Source: Chthoniobacter flavus (GTDB taxonomy: Bacteria; Verrucomicrobiota; Verrucomicrobiia; Chthoniobacterales; Chthoniobacteraceae). From it: a stretch of 50,366 bases of DNA. The stretch lies in the NCBI GenBank assembly GCA_040392045.1, contig JBEBWR010000001.1:1-50366 (forward strand), written 5' to 3'. How positions within the stretch are numbered: the first letter of the stretch is position 1; the number at the start of each line of letters is the position of its first letter. Below, piece by piece: positions 17,598 to 26,997 of the stretch. Both the position numbers and the translations under genes were made by a program. The notes beneath the pieces are model-generated. The model was given only the letters and a program-made list of their open reading frames with translations. It did no database searches and was not told the DNA's origin.

Positions 17598-18446
17598 ATG
17601 AAACGTTCGTCTCGGCATCCCTCTGCATTCAGCCTTCTGGAGCTGCTGATCGCCGTCGCTATAGTCTCCATCGTCGCGCTGCTGGCCGTCAGCGCTTCCG
17701 GATATATGCGCCAGCGTAGTCAGAGCCTGAAATGCGTTCAGAACCTCCGCCAGATCGGCGTAGCTACCACGCAATACGCAGCGGAGCACCGCAACGAACT
17801 GCCCTACTACTTCTACCTCGTCAATGGCGGCACCGACACCGGAAGCGGCGCGGGACCGGGGACATGGTTTTACAACCTCGCGCCCTATCTCAACATTCCC
17901 CGTACCGAAGTCTCCGGAAACTACCTTAGCGAAGAGCGTACCTATATAGGGCAGGCGGGCCGCCCGTTCTCCGGGCCTTGCGTATTCACCTGCCCCGGCC
18001 ATAAGGAATCCGAGTCGCAGCTCTGGTGGACCCCGCACCCGATGTCATGGCCCACTCGTCGCCCCGTCAGTTATGCTCCGCCGCTCGAAATGAGAGGGGA
18101 CCGCTCGGCGCGTGGTCCTTCCGGCTGGCGGATGCATCGGACGGGAGTGGAAGTTTACCCGGTATTCCTCACCGATATTCAATATCCCTCGCAGAAAATA
18201 TGGATCACCGATTCTCCGGGGCCGAATGTCCTCAACGTGATCCCCTCCCGCTGGACCGAAGGCTCGCGGGAGAACTGGGCGAGACAGGCCTTCTCCCGTC
18301 ATCAGAATGGGGGAAACGCCCTCTTTTATGACGGACACGTGCAGTGGTTCCCCATCACCGCTTTTACGGAGTCCCCCATCGGCCCACTGGAGCAGATGAT
18401 CCGCCTTTACTTTCACCCCTACCGCGCTCCCGAACTTGATTTGTAG
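17598..18446 (+). CDS. prepilin-type N-terminal cleavage/methylation domain protein, H-X9-DG family
   Basis: N-terminus MKRSSRHPSA|FSLLELLIAVAIVSIVALLAV. C-terminus HQNGGNALFYDGH, which is H-X9-DG. Confidence 0.85.
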   Translation: MKRSSRHPSAFSLLELLIAVAIVSIVALLAVSASGYMRQRSQSLKCVQNLRQIGVATTQYAAEHRNELPYYFYLVNGGTDTGSGAGPGTWFYNLAPYLNIPRTEVSGNYLSEERTYIGQAGRPFSGPCVFTCPGHKESESQLWWTPHPMSWPTRRPVSYAPPLEMRGDRSARGPSGWRMHRTGVEVYPVFLTDIQYPSQKIWITDSPGPNVLNVIPSRWTEGSRENWARQAFSRHQNGGNALFYDGHVQWFPITAFTESPIGPLEQMIRLYFHPYRAPELDL

Positions 18447-18462
18447 TCCCCCGTCTCTTGTC

Positions 18463-20577
18463 ATGATATCCTCCCCTTCTCCCCGCATTTTGCTTCAGAG
18501 CGCCGCAGCGCTTTCCCTCCTTTTCCTCGTCTCATGCAAGCGTCCTGTCGGTCCCACCCCTGCGGAATCGACCAGGCAAGCACTTCCAGAGTCAACAAAG
18601 GCGGCATCACAAGCGGATCATGGTCCTGCGACCGTTTTGAAAAATCCGAACTACCCGTTACTCAAAAACGGATCGCTTGCCCTTATTAGCGAAGGTAAAG
18701 CCCATAGCGTAATCGTCCTTTCCGCACAAGCCGATGAACGTATGCGCGACGACGTGGATTACTTCATCCGCCTTGTAGAAAAAGCTACCGGAGCCGCGTT
18801 GCGCATCGTCAGCGAAGAGGAAGAGGCCACACTGGATCAAAATGTGATCCGGATTTTTATCGGTAATACCCCTCAAGCCAACAGCATCGGCCTGCGCGCG
18901 GAGGACCTCCCGGAGGAAGGCTATCGCATCGTTACGTGCGAGAACGCTCTCTTCATTCTCGGCGACATCCGTGAGCCGAGAGTACACCGCAAATCTCCTG
19001 CCACCGTCTCGCACCCTACATTCTGGGCGCTCAAGGATCTGCTGGAGGAGGGGCTTGGCGTTCGCTGGCTGTGGCCCGGAGAGCTGGGGACTTACGTTCC
19101 CAAAAGCCCGCACTTCCTCGTTGAGGCAATGGATCGCTCCTATCAGCCGAATCTGGAGATCCGCATCCTGCGCATGAGTATCCCGAAAGATCTAAGCGGC
19201 CCGATCTCCTCTACCGATCCCGTGATCGACCGGCAACTGGCAGGAGAAGCTGTCCGCTGGGCAAACGCTCATCAGTGCGGATCGCGGGGGAGCGTCGATT
19301 TCGAGCATGCCTTTGAGAAATGGTGGGAGCGGTACTCCGCGACGCACCCCGACTACTTCGCCGAGCTTCCCCCCGGCTACGAGCAGCCCTTCCCGTCTCC
19401 GACGTTTGCAAAGCTGCGGCTCGCCAACCCCAAGGTCATCGACCAGATCGCCGCAGAGTACGAAGCGGCAGGCAGCCCGGACTACTGGAACCTCTCTCCC
19501 AATGACGGCGGCGGCTTTGATGTCAGCGCGGAAACACGCGCGTGGGACGTTCCGCAGGGGCAGGATTCTGAAGACATCATAAGGGCTCGCGCCAATCTTA
19601 CCGCGCGCTACGTCCGGTTCTGGAATCTCATCTACGAGCGCCTCAAAGAGCAGAACCCGAACGTCGTCATCGGCACCTATGCATATTCCTCCTACCGCAC
19701 GCCGCCCGCGGCGGACCGTCCTCTTACCGCCAGAGCCGCCATTCAGTTTGTCGATGGGCTCGACGCCTTTGAAGGCTGGGACGGCTGGGCTGCTCAAGGT
19801 GTTGATCTCTACCTCCGCCCGAACTGGTGGTATCAGGGGGCGGCCGCTCCCTACCTTTCGCTGGATGCCACCAGCCAGTTCCTCAGACACGCGTCTGAAA
19901 GCCGGATGCGGGGAATTGAGATGGACTCCATCCTGGGCTACTGGGCCGCTCAGGGGCCAAATTACTATCTCGTCGCCCGGATGATGACGCGGCCTGATCT
20001 CTCCAAAGAAGCGATACTTAGCGAGTATACCTCCGCCTTTGGGGCTGGGGCATCGAAGATCCGCCAGTACATCGCCTACTGGGAGCGCCTCTCGGCGCGC
20101 TACCTCTATCCGATCAATGCAGGCGGCCCGCCCAAAGGTCCCAGCGAGTTTATGAAGCTGGTAGCAGAAAAGAAGCTCCCCAACAGCATCCTCAACGGAA
20201 GCACCTACGCCCTGCCGTACCTCTACCCCGAGAGCGTACTCGCCCCCGCCGAGAGCTACCTCACCGAGGCCGAGGCGCTCATCGGGAGCGGCGACCCCGA
20301 AGCGCTCCAGCGCGTCGCCTTCCTTCGGCGTGGGCTGGAGAACCTTCGCATCACGCGCAAGCAGGTCGAGGCTGGGCAACGTCTCAAGCGCTCCCGCACG
20401 CAGGAGAATCTGAACGCCTTTCTCAAGGGAGAAGAGGAGATGATGAGCGCGAGGGAAGCCCTTTCCAGAGATCATGCCAACTGGGGGGCGCTGACCACGC
20501 GCTATGAACGGAAGTACGGGATACTCGTGGGAAAATCCGCGCTTGAGCGCCACCGGATCAATCTCGATGGGATGTAA
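18463..20577 (+). CDS. DUF4838-like lipoprotein (putative glycoside hydrolase of uncharacterised family)
   Basis: The ATG at 18463 gives the lipoprotein signal MISSPSPRILLQSAAALSLLFLVSC. The motif GVRWLWPGELGTYVPK is shared with the 23984 protein. The DUF4838 assignment is from memory of the family signature. Confidence 0.6.
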   Translation: MISSPSPRILLQSAAALSLLFLVSCKRPVGPTPAESTRQALPESTKAASQADHGPATVLKNPNYPLLKNGSLALISEGKAHSVIVLSAQADERMRDDVDYFIRLVEKATGAALRIVSEEEEATLDQNVIRIFIGNTPQANSIGLRAEDLPEEGYRIVTCENALFILGDIREPRVHRKSPATVSHPTFWALKDLLEEGLGVRWLWPGELGTYVPKSPHFLVEAMDRSYQPNLEIRILRMSIPKDLSGPISSTDPVIDRQLAGEAVRWANAHQCGSRGSVDFEHAFEKWWERYSATHPDYFAELPPGYEQPFPSPTFAKLRLANPKVIDQIAAEYEAAGSPDYWNLSPNDGGGFDVSAETRAWDVPQGQDSEDIIRARANLTARYVRFWNLIYERLKEQNPNVVIGTYAYSSYRTPPAADRPLTARAAIQFVDGLDAFEGWDGWAAQGVDLYLRPNWWYQGAAAPYLSLDATSQFLRHASESRMRGIEMDSILGYWAAQGPNYYLVARMMTRPDLSKEAILSEYTSAFGAGASKIRQYIAYWERLSARYLYPINAGGPPKGPSEFMKLVAEKKLPNSILNGSTYALPYLYPESVLAPAESYLTEAEALIGSGDPEALQRVAFLRRGLENLRITRKQVEAGQRLKRSRTQENLNAFLKGEEEMMSAREALSRDHANWGALTTRYERKYGILVGKSALERHRINLDGM

Positions 20578-20718
20578 TCCGGGGCTGTGATGCAAAACTC
20601 GGCGGGGGCCTTTTTTCTACAGCCTACGAAGGTCGGACCGGAGGGGGATGAAAGCCATCAATGAGATTCCTGTTGACTCTCGGAACAGATTAGGGCATAC
20701 GTTTGCCTTAATCCGAGC

Positions 20719-21753
20719 ATGCCTACCCTCAAAGACATCGCCAAGCGCGCCCAAGTTGACGTTTCCATCGTTTCCCGTGTCTTGAACAAGCGGGATTACG
20801 CCAGGGCCAGCGCGCCGGTTCGTGAACGCATCGAACAGGCGGCAAAGGATCTGGGCTACGTGCCAAATCTTCTGGCGCGTTCGTTGGTGCGGCAGAAGAC
20901 GGATATGGTCGGGCTGATGATTCCCGATCTCTATGAGCCGGCCTTTGTCCGGTACTTTGAAATGATTGACGAGCTGCTTTTGGCTCACGGGATGCAAGTC
21001 ATCCCCATGTTCTCGCGATGGTCTTCGCAATCGGAAGAGCGATCATTGAGAATGGCGCAGCAGCATCTGGTCGACGGCGTTATTGCCTTCTTTTTTGAAG
21101 GAGTCAATCGGCTCGAAACCTATCTGGAACTGAAGCGGAAGGGGATGCCGGTGGTCTTTCGCTCGCTGGACAGCGCTCCGGACCTTCAAGGGATCGATTC
21201 CGTCGCGCTGGATATTGCAGAGGGCGCTTACGTGCTCACGAAGCATCTTTTTGAGAATGGATTTGAACGGGTGGCTCTTCTCGGCGGGTTTGATGCCACC
21301 GGGATCGCCCTTGGACAATCGCCCTGCGGCTTGGGCGCAGGATACCTGAGGGCGCATCAGGAGGCAGGCAAAGAGGTGGACCTCAGTCTGGCCATTGGCT
21401 GCAACCATGATGGGACGGATGCCTTTGAGCAACTGCTCAAGCGTCTCCAGCAGAAGCCGAGAAATATCGATAGCATTCTGGTGCAATCCAGCTCAAAGCT
21501 TCCGGGTGTCTATCGGGCTCTCAACCGATGCGGCCTGAAGATCGGCAAAGATATTGGGCTGGTGACGATCACGGATTCCGAGATGTGTCATCTCACCGAG
21601 GTTCCCATTACGGTATGGGAGCAGCCGGTCCGGCAGATCTGCGAAGCGCTCGTCCGCCTGTTCCTGCAAAGGAGCCGTCATCCGCATCATCCACCGGAAC
21701 GGGTTTTGTTTCGCAGTTCTCTGCTGAAAAGAGCCAGTTCCCGACGAAGATGA
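20719..21753 (+). CDS. LacI-family transcriptional regulator
   Basis: MPTLKDIAKRAQVDVSIVSRVLN HTH and YVPNLLARSL. 344 aa. Confidence 0.9.
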   Translation: MPTLKDIAKRAQVDVSIVSRVLNKRDYARASAPVRERIEQAAKDLGYVPNLLARSLVRQKTDMVGLMIPDLYEPAFVRYFEMIDELLLAHGMQVIPMFSRWSSQSEERSLRMAQQHLVDGVIAFFFEGVNRLETYLELKRKGMPVVFRSLDSAPDLQGIDSVALDIAEGAYVLTKHLFENGFERVALLGGFDATGIALGQSPCGLGAGYLRAHQEAGKEVDLSLAIGCNHDGTDAFEQLLKRLQQKPRNIDSILVQSSSKLPGVYRALNRCGLKIGKDIGLVTITDSEMCHLTEVPITVWEQPVRQICEALVRLFLQRSRHPHHPPERVLFRSSLLKRASSRRR

Positions 21754-21790
21754 TATTGCCGGACTTTAGGTGTCCCTATTTTTTCTTCAA

Positions 21791-21808
21791 AAGGCAAACG
21801 ATTGCCTT
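21791..21808. promoter_or_regulatory. 18-nt CG-centred palindrome AAGGCAAACGATTGCCTT (candidate operator of the adjacent LacI regulator)
   Basis: 16 of 18 positions are symmetric and the core AAACGATT fits AANCGNTT. It lies 38 nt after the LacI stop and 39 nt before the ATG at 21847. Confidence 0.45.
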
Positions 21809-21846
21809 GTGATTATTCTCCATTTCAACCTGATCCATCAAAACCT

Positions 21847-22632
21847 ATGAAAATCCCCTCACTCTACAGCAGAAGTTCCACGCGAGCCTGTTTCGGAAGC
21901 ATTGCGGGAGGAGTCATCGCGCTTTCCGTAATGGCTGCTCCTTTGGAAGCGGCGATCATTAATGATGTGGACTTTGAAGTTGCTTACTCCGGCAATGCTC
22001 TTCCGACTGCCTCAGACCCAACCTGGACGCAGGGAGGCTCCGCCGGATCGGCATCGGCAAGCAGCGAAACCGGTATTCTCACGCTCCAGACCAATGCGAC
22101 AGGAAGCTACCGATACATTCTCAATGAGAGTTCCGGGTACTGGGATGGTGCCGATGCAGAGGGGATCACCGTCGAATTTTCCCTAAGCGTTATCTCTCAA
22201 ACGGGGAGCCGATCCGCGACGCATCTGTCTCTTTCTGATGGATCGAAGAACTATAATTTTCAGATTGCGGAAGATGAAATTTTCCTTGGCGCGACTTCGA
22301 CCAGCGGGGCCCGGTATGCGATGGATACCACTGTGGTAAATACTTTCCGTCTGACGCTCTCCGAAGGCGTGATGTCGGTTTACGTCAATCAGAACGTGAC
22401 GCCGGTGATCGTCGGCTATGAAGGAGTCGCATCCACGGGGAATGAAATTTATTGGGGAGATAACTCAAACTTCACGGGGGGGACGACCCATTGGGATTAC
22501 CTCGCTTTTACCACCAGCGGTGCCTTTGCTCCGGTTCCCGAGCCCTCGCTGCTAAGTCTGGGTGGACTTGGAGCTCTGCTGATGCTGTTTGTCTCTCGCC
22601 GTTACCGGAAACAGAATACGGTGCTATCCTGA
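21847..22632 (+). CDS. PEP-CTERM-anchored secreted protein with a jelly-roll/lectin-like domain
   Basis: The ATG at 21847 gives a signal peptide ...GGVIALSVMAAPLEA. The C-terminus is APVPEPSLLSLGGLGALLMLFVSRRYRK. It is a paralog of 37798-38571. Confidence 0.8.
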   Translation: MKIPSLYSRSSTRACFGSIAGGVIALSVMAAPLEAAIINDVDFEVAYSGNALPTASDPTWTQGGSAGSASASSETGILTLQTNATGSYRYILNESSGYWDGADAEGITVEFSLSVISQTGSRSATHLSLSDGSKNYNFQIAEDEIFLGATSTSGARYAMDTTVVNTFRLTLSEGVMSVYVNQNVTPVIVGYEGVASTGNEIYWGDNSNFTGGTTHWDYLAFTTSGAFAPVPEPSLLSLGGLGALLMLFVSRRYRKQNTVLS

Positions 22633-22642
22633 CCTTGCTGAA

Positions 22643-23266
22643 ATGAATCGACTCCTTCTTCTCTGTGGTCTCGTACTGGGGCTTTCCGCAACGGTTCTGA
22701 GAGCTGAAAACGCGCCGGATGAGGCGCAATCCATTCCCTGGTCTCAAGAGTTCAGCTTCTCCCGATTGCCTTCGGAGTTGTCCAAGCAATGGAAGAGTCC
22801 CCGACCAACGGCCTCGACTGTTGACGAGCAGGGGCTGACGATTGATCCCGGTCAGTTTGACTATGCTTACTGGTATATGAATGGCAGAGACGCCCGTTCC
22901 GAATGGGATGGAAGTCTGCCGGTGACCATCGAGTTCCGGATGCGGGTCCGTGATGTATTGAACGACTCTACGGTCCTTCTCGTGGCCGACGGGCAAAGAA
23001 CCTATCAGATCGTCCTCAACAATGGCGAAATGAAGACCTACCGCCTGATTCTAAAAGATGGAATGGCGACCCTTTATGCCGCCGATTCCTCCAAAGTGAT
23101 CACGAGAACAAAGGGGAACGGGAACTTCGGCGAAAATCATGGCGCTTCTGCTATCGGACCCAACGCCATCGCTTTTGGCGCGATCCGGAAGGCCAATCGG
23201 GGAGCCAGCGAATGGGAGTTTATCCGGTGGGTAAAGGATGGCATTTTTCCTCCACTCTCTCCCTGA
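22643..23266 (+). CDS. secreted protein with the same jelly-roll-like domain, no PEP-CTERM
   Basis: Signal peptide is MNRLLLLCGLVLGLSATVLRA. It shares the motif order WDG...TIEF...TYRLIL..G.ATLY...FG...W(E)F(I) with the 21847 and 37798 proteins. Confidence 0.7.
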   Translation: MNRLLLLCGLVLGLSATVLRAENAPDEAQSIPWSQEFSFSRLPSELSKQWKSPRPTASTVDEQGLTIDPGQFDYAYWYMNGRDARSEWDGSLPVTIEFRMRVRDVLNDSTVLLVADGQRTYQIVLNNGEMKTYRLILKDGMATLYAADSSKVITRTKGNGNFGENHGASAIGPNAIAFGAIRKANRGASEWEFIRWVKDGIFPPLSP

Positions 23267-23288
23267 AGCCATTTCTCCTCCCAGAGCC

Positions 23289-23993
23289 ATGAATGACAGA
23301 TCCAAAAAACCGTTGGAGGGTTTTACCGTCCTGGAAATCCTGATTGTCTCCGCATTGATAGCTGTCTTGCTGCTGTTGGCGCTGGCGGCAGTGGGACGGG
23401 TCCGCAGGCATTCCCTTCAGGTAGCGGATGCCAATCATCTCCGACAGATTTGGGTAGCCAGTGAGCAGTTCGCCTTGGAGCACAGAAATTTCCTTCTGAT
23501 AGGGTCTGATGGAAAGAATTTTTACGGCTACAACCAAGGCGCGCAAAAGGCCGAGTGGTTTAAGCTATTGCGGCCTTATCTGGGATATGCGCTCAACTCC
23601 AATACCACCGTCCCTCTGTTCATCTCTCCGGCTGATCCGCTCAAGGGAGGGATCGTACCGAAGCCAGGCAGTTCAGCCCGCAATTTCCGCAGCTACAGCG
23701 TCAATTACAAAACGCAGGACGCGCATTATCGCCCCCTCCACAAGCTGGCCGTCAGAGCCCCTTCGCAATTTCTTTATATGTGCAATCATGATGCTTACTC
23801 CAGGAGCAATACGGCATGGGTCAATCCTGCACAAAGCGCGAACCTTGATCTGATTCCAAGGGATTGGTTTGGAGGTAAAGCCAACTTCCTATTCCTTGAC
23901 GGCCATGTGGAGGCGATTGTGGCCGGTGAAGTCTATCCCGGCGGTTCCCGTGCAGAAATCTTCACCGGGGGGCAAACCGATTTATGGAACTAA
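23289..23993 (+). CDS. prepilin-type N-terminal cleavage/methylation domain protein, H-X9-DG-family variant (F-X9-DG)
   Basis: N-terminus MNDRSKKPLEG|FTVLEILIVSALIAVLLLLALA. C-terminus WFGGKANFLFLDGH, where Phe occupies the position of the family His. Confidence 0.8.
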   Translation: MNDRSKKPLEGFTVLEILIVSALIAVLLLLALAAVGRVRRHSLQVADANHLRQIWVASEQFALEHRNFLLIGSDGKNFYGYNQGAQKAEWFKLLRPYLGYALNSNTTVPLFISPADPLKGGIVPKPGSSARNFRSYSVNYKTQDAHYRPLHKLAVRAPSQFLYMCNHDAYSRSNTAWVNPAQSANLDLIPRDWFGGKANFLFLDGHVEAIVAGEVYPGGSRAEIFTGGQTDLWN

Positions 23994-26965
23994 CCGTTCT
24001 GAAGACGCTCTTCTGTGGTGCGGCGTTTTTGATGTCGGGGCTTCAGGTGTCGTCCTTTGCTTCATCCATGAATGTAGTCACTGAACATCAAAGCGCCTAT
24101 ACCATTCTGATTCCGGCGACGCCTCCCGAAAGTGTCTCCGAAGCGGCTCGCGAACTCCAGCGCTGCGTCTTGGAAGCGACCGGGGTCCGATTGCCGATTC
24201 TTGAGGATCGCGACCATCGCGATGGCGCATTCATCAGTCTTGGAAATACGATTCAGGCGAAGGCGGCCAAAATCCTTCCGGATCGCCTTGCCGATGAAGG
24301 GTTCAGAATGCGAACCCAAGAGGGCAATCTCTATATCGTAGGTCCGGACACCCGCAAGAACGTGCTTCCGCTTTGGAGGCGCGGCTACTCGGGCTTTCTC
24401 AAAACCGGAGAGTCGCCAGGCGACGGCGATTGGACTTCGCAGGGGGGCACCAGCAATGGGACGGCCAATGGAGTCTATACTTTTCTGGAAGACTACCTTA
24501 ACGTCCGCTGGCTGATGCCGGGAGAATTGGGCCGTGACGTTCCCTCGACGGAGAAGATCAGCCTGCCTGAGATTGACCGTACGGAAAGCCCGCTTTTCGT
24601 CTTCCGGCAGCTTCCTTATCTGGCGGAGTCCAAGGGCTCCGGCCCGACCTATCCGGCCGTGGTTGAGTGGCTGAATCGGCAAAGGCTGGGGCAATCCATT
24701 GACCTCAGTTACAATCATAATTGGGGCCGCACTGTTCCTTCGGAGCTTTTTCAGGATCACCCCGACTGGTTTGCATGGGTCGATGGAGCGCGATCCGCTC
24801 CGCAAGGCCATGATTATAAACTGGAGACTACCAATCCGGAACTGATCAGATATTTCGCGGAGCAGGCGATCAAGGCGCTCCGGGACAACCCCAACCTTCA
24901 GGCCTATTCCCTTTCCCCCAGTGATAATCTGGGCTGGAGCGAAAGTCCGGAAAGCCGGGCTCTCTATGACCCTCCGCTTCCCAACGGCAGGCCCGGGATG
25001 TCCTCCCTGATTTTGAAGTTTTATCACGACGTCTCCGAAATCGTGCAGCGGGACTACCCCGAAGGCAGGCTCAGCGGGTTTATTTACTCGGATTACCTCT
25101 ATCCACCTACGCGGTTCGCCATGAAGCTGCCGGAGAATTTCCTCCCGATGATCGCTCCCAATACGGTGACCTATGGCTATAAACTTTACGAAGAGGAACG
25201 CCGGAAAGAGTGGGAGAAGGTGATGGGGGCGTGGGCGGATATTGCCCCGGAAACGTGGTTCTACTATGACCTCTGCAACACCTTTTGGGTCAACGCCCTG
25301 AGTAGTACGAATGATCGCTTTGCCGGAAGTACCGGCATCATCACTCCGCCCACGCCGAATATTCTTAACTTCGTATTTCCCCGCCTCGCTGACTATGGAA
25401 TCAAGGGAGCGCGCATTTATGGCAATCCTTCATGGAGCAACGCTGCGGTTGGAAACTATCTGCTGGCAAAGATGATGTGGAACCCGAAGGGGGATGCCGT
25501 CGCTCTTCAGCAGGAGTGGCTCCGGCGCGCGTACGGTCCGGAGGCCGGGCAAATTATGGAGCGTTTCTATCAGGAGCTTGATAGCGCTTTTGACCGCTAC
25601 GCGCGGGAAGCCCCGATTGGCCTCCTGCTAACGCCCGAGATTCTTTCCGGCATCTACGGACGTTGCTACCCGGGGTTGGAGCGCCTTTATCTGGAGGCGG
25701 CCTCTCAGCCGATGACGCCACGTCAGAAGCAGCGGCTGAAGATGATTGAAGCGAACCTGACGGTGCTCCAGTGGCGGTTGCGCAATGCCGGGATGCTGGC
25801 GGGAGACGACTCACCGCTTCGGGTCGGAGATGAGGAAATTGCCCGGCTGCTCAGGCAGGAAGAGGCGTTTCCTTATTTTCCGGAAGCGGTGATCGGCTGG
25901 CGTGCCAGGGATCTGAAATCAAAAATTCCACAGTGGGAATTCAAGCCGGGCGAAGTCTCCCACGGGGATAAGTCGGCCTTACATGATGAAAACCTCGTTC
26001 CCCTCTATGCAGCGAAAGATGGGGAGCTTTCAATCACTCCCCTGCGGGTTGATCACGCCTCTTTGTTTGCCACCTACCTGCTGCTGGATCGTCACGGCAA
26101 GCGGCTGTCCGACGGGCTTCTTGTTCAGGGTACTCCCATTCTGGTGCCGGTTCGGGCGGGAGAAGCATTCTTTCTTTACTTCCCTCCCCGGCCTCCCGTG
26201 ACCTTTGAGCTTGCGATCGCAAATGCCTCATTCGTGGAAGAGACGCCTTCCGGGAAGCGGGCAAACAATAACAGAAGCGATGCCGTCATCGATGTCTACT
26301 ATACCCCCGCGCGCAGCCGGAGCCACGGGCGCTTGAATCAGCACGCTCCGAAGTATGCCCCCGCCATGCCCATGAGCGTTTTCAATGAACCGGGGCAAAA
26401 GGAGAGTCGTGTGATCATTTCAAAGGGGGGGACCGGGTTGAGCCGAAACCTTCTTCAGTCGGGGCATTACTCACGGGTCGTGGAGCTGGCTAATCTTGAT
26501 GAACAATGGCGATTCCAACCGGCATCGAAGGACGTGTCAGACGAGCAAAAGGTCGTGTCGGCAGACTTCAACGACGCCTCGTGGAATCTGATCGGCGCCA
26601 CCCAGCCGTGGGAGCGGTTTGAAGTCGATCAGCAAGGCATTACGATTCGGCCGTTTGAACACCATCACGGCCCTTCCTGGTACCGCCGCAAACTGCCACG
26701 GGTTGAGCGAACCGACCACCAACGCCTGCTTCTCTGCTTTGGCGGGGTGAAGGGAGACGCGGAGGTGTGGCTGAACGGGAAGCTCGTCGGGCGCTCTCCG
26801 ACGACGGCGGCAACCGCAGAGGCTCCCTTCTGTTTCGACGTGACCTCTGCGATGGAAGCCGTGGAGGAGGGCGTCATTGCTGTCCGGGTGACGGGTCGGC
26901 AGGAAGAGCCGTCCAACGGCCTGATTGGAGGCGTGCGCTTGTTCGGAGCCACTCCAAACCGGTGA
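23984..26965 (+). CDS. DUF4838-like protein fused to a C-terminal GH2-type sugar-binding (galactose-binding-like) domain
   Basis: Signal peptide is MELTVLKTLFCGAAFLMSGLQVSSFA. NVRWLMPGELGRDVPS is present. The C-terminal segment WYRRKLPRVERTDHQRLLLCFGGVKGDAEVWLNGKLVGRS...FDVTSAM...IAVRV resembles the GH2 N-terminal jelly-roll. It overlaps the upstream gene by 10 nt. Confidence 0.65.
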   Translation: MELTVLKTLFCGAAFLMSGLQVSSFASSMNVVTEHQSAYTILIPATPPESVSEAARELQRCVLEATGVRLPILEDRDHRDGAFISLGNTIQAKAAKILPDRLADEGFRMRTQEGNLYIVGPDTRKNVLPLWRRGYSGFLKTGESPGDGDWTSQGGTSNGTANGVYTFLEDYLNVRWLMPGELGRDVPSTEKISLPEIDRTESPLFVFRQLPYLAESKGSGPTYPAVVEWLNRQRLGQSIDLSYNHNWGRTVPSELFQDHPDWFAWVDGARSAPQGHDYKLETTNPELIRYFAEQAIKALRDNPNLQAYSLSPSDNLGWSESPESRALYDPPLPNGRPGMSSLILKFYHDVSEIVQRDYPEGRLSGFIYSDYLYPPTRFAMKLPENFLPMIAPNTVTYGYKLYEEERRKEWEKVMGAWADIAPETWFYYDLCNTFWVNALSSTNDRFAGSTGIITPPTPNILNFVFPRLADYGIKGARIYGNPSWSNAAVGNYLLAKMMWNPKGDAVALQQEWLRRAYGPEAGQIMERFYQELDSAFDRYAREAPIGLLLTPEILSGIYGRCYPGLERLYLEAASQPMTPRQKQRLKMIEANLTVLQWRLRNAGMLAGDDSPLRVGDEEIARLLRQEEAFPYFPEAVIGWRARDLKSKIPQWEFKPGEVSHGDKSALHDENLVPLYAAKDGELSITPLRVDHASLFATYLLLDRHGKRLSDGLLVQGTPILVPVRAGEAFFLYFPPRPPVTFELAIANASFVEETPSGKRANNNRSDAVIDVYYTPARSRSHGRLNQHAPKYAPAMPMSVFNEPGQKESRVIISKGGTGLSRNLLQSGHYSRVVELANLDEQWRFQPASKDVSDEQKVVSADFNDASWNLIGATQPWERFEVDQQGITIRPFEHHHGPSWYRRKLPRVERTDHQRLLLCFGGVKGDAEVWLNGKLVGRSPTTAATAEAPFCFDVTSAMEAVEEGVIAVRVTGRQEEPSNGLIGGVRLFGATPNR

Positions 26966-26997
26966 GTCGTCCTCCCGGGTTTTCAGATTCTTTCTTT

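Noticed and set aside
20578-20625. A possible intrinsic terminator after the DUF4838 gene (GGCGGGGGCC followed by TTTTTT).
   Set aside because: I could not find a complementary upstream arm to form a stem. A T-run alone is insufficient. No other convincing GC-hairpin-plus-U-tract terminators were found in the window.
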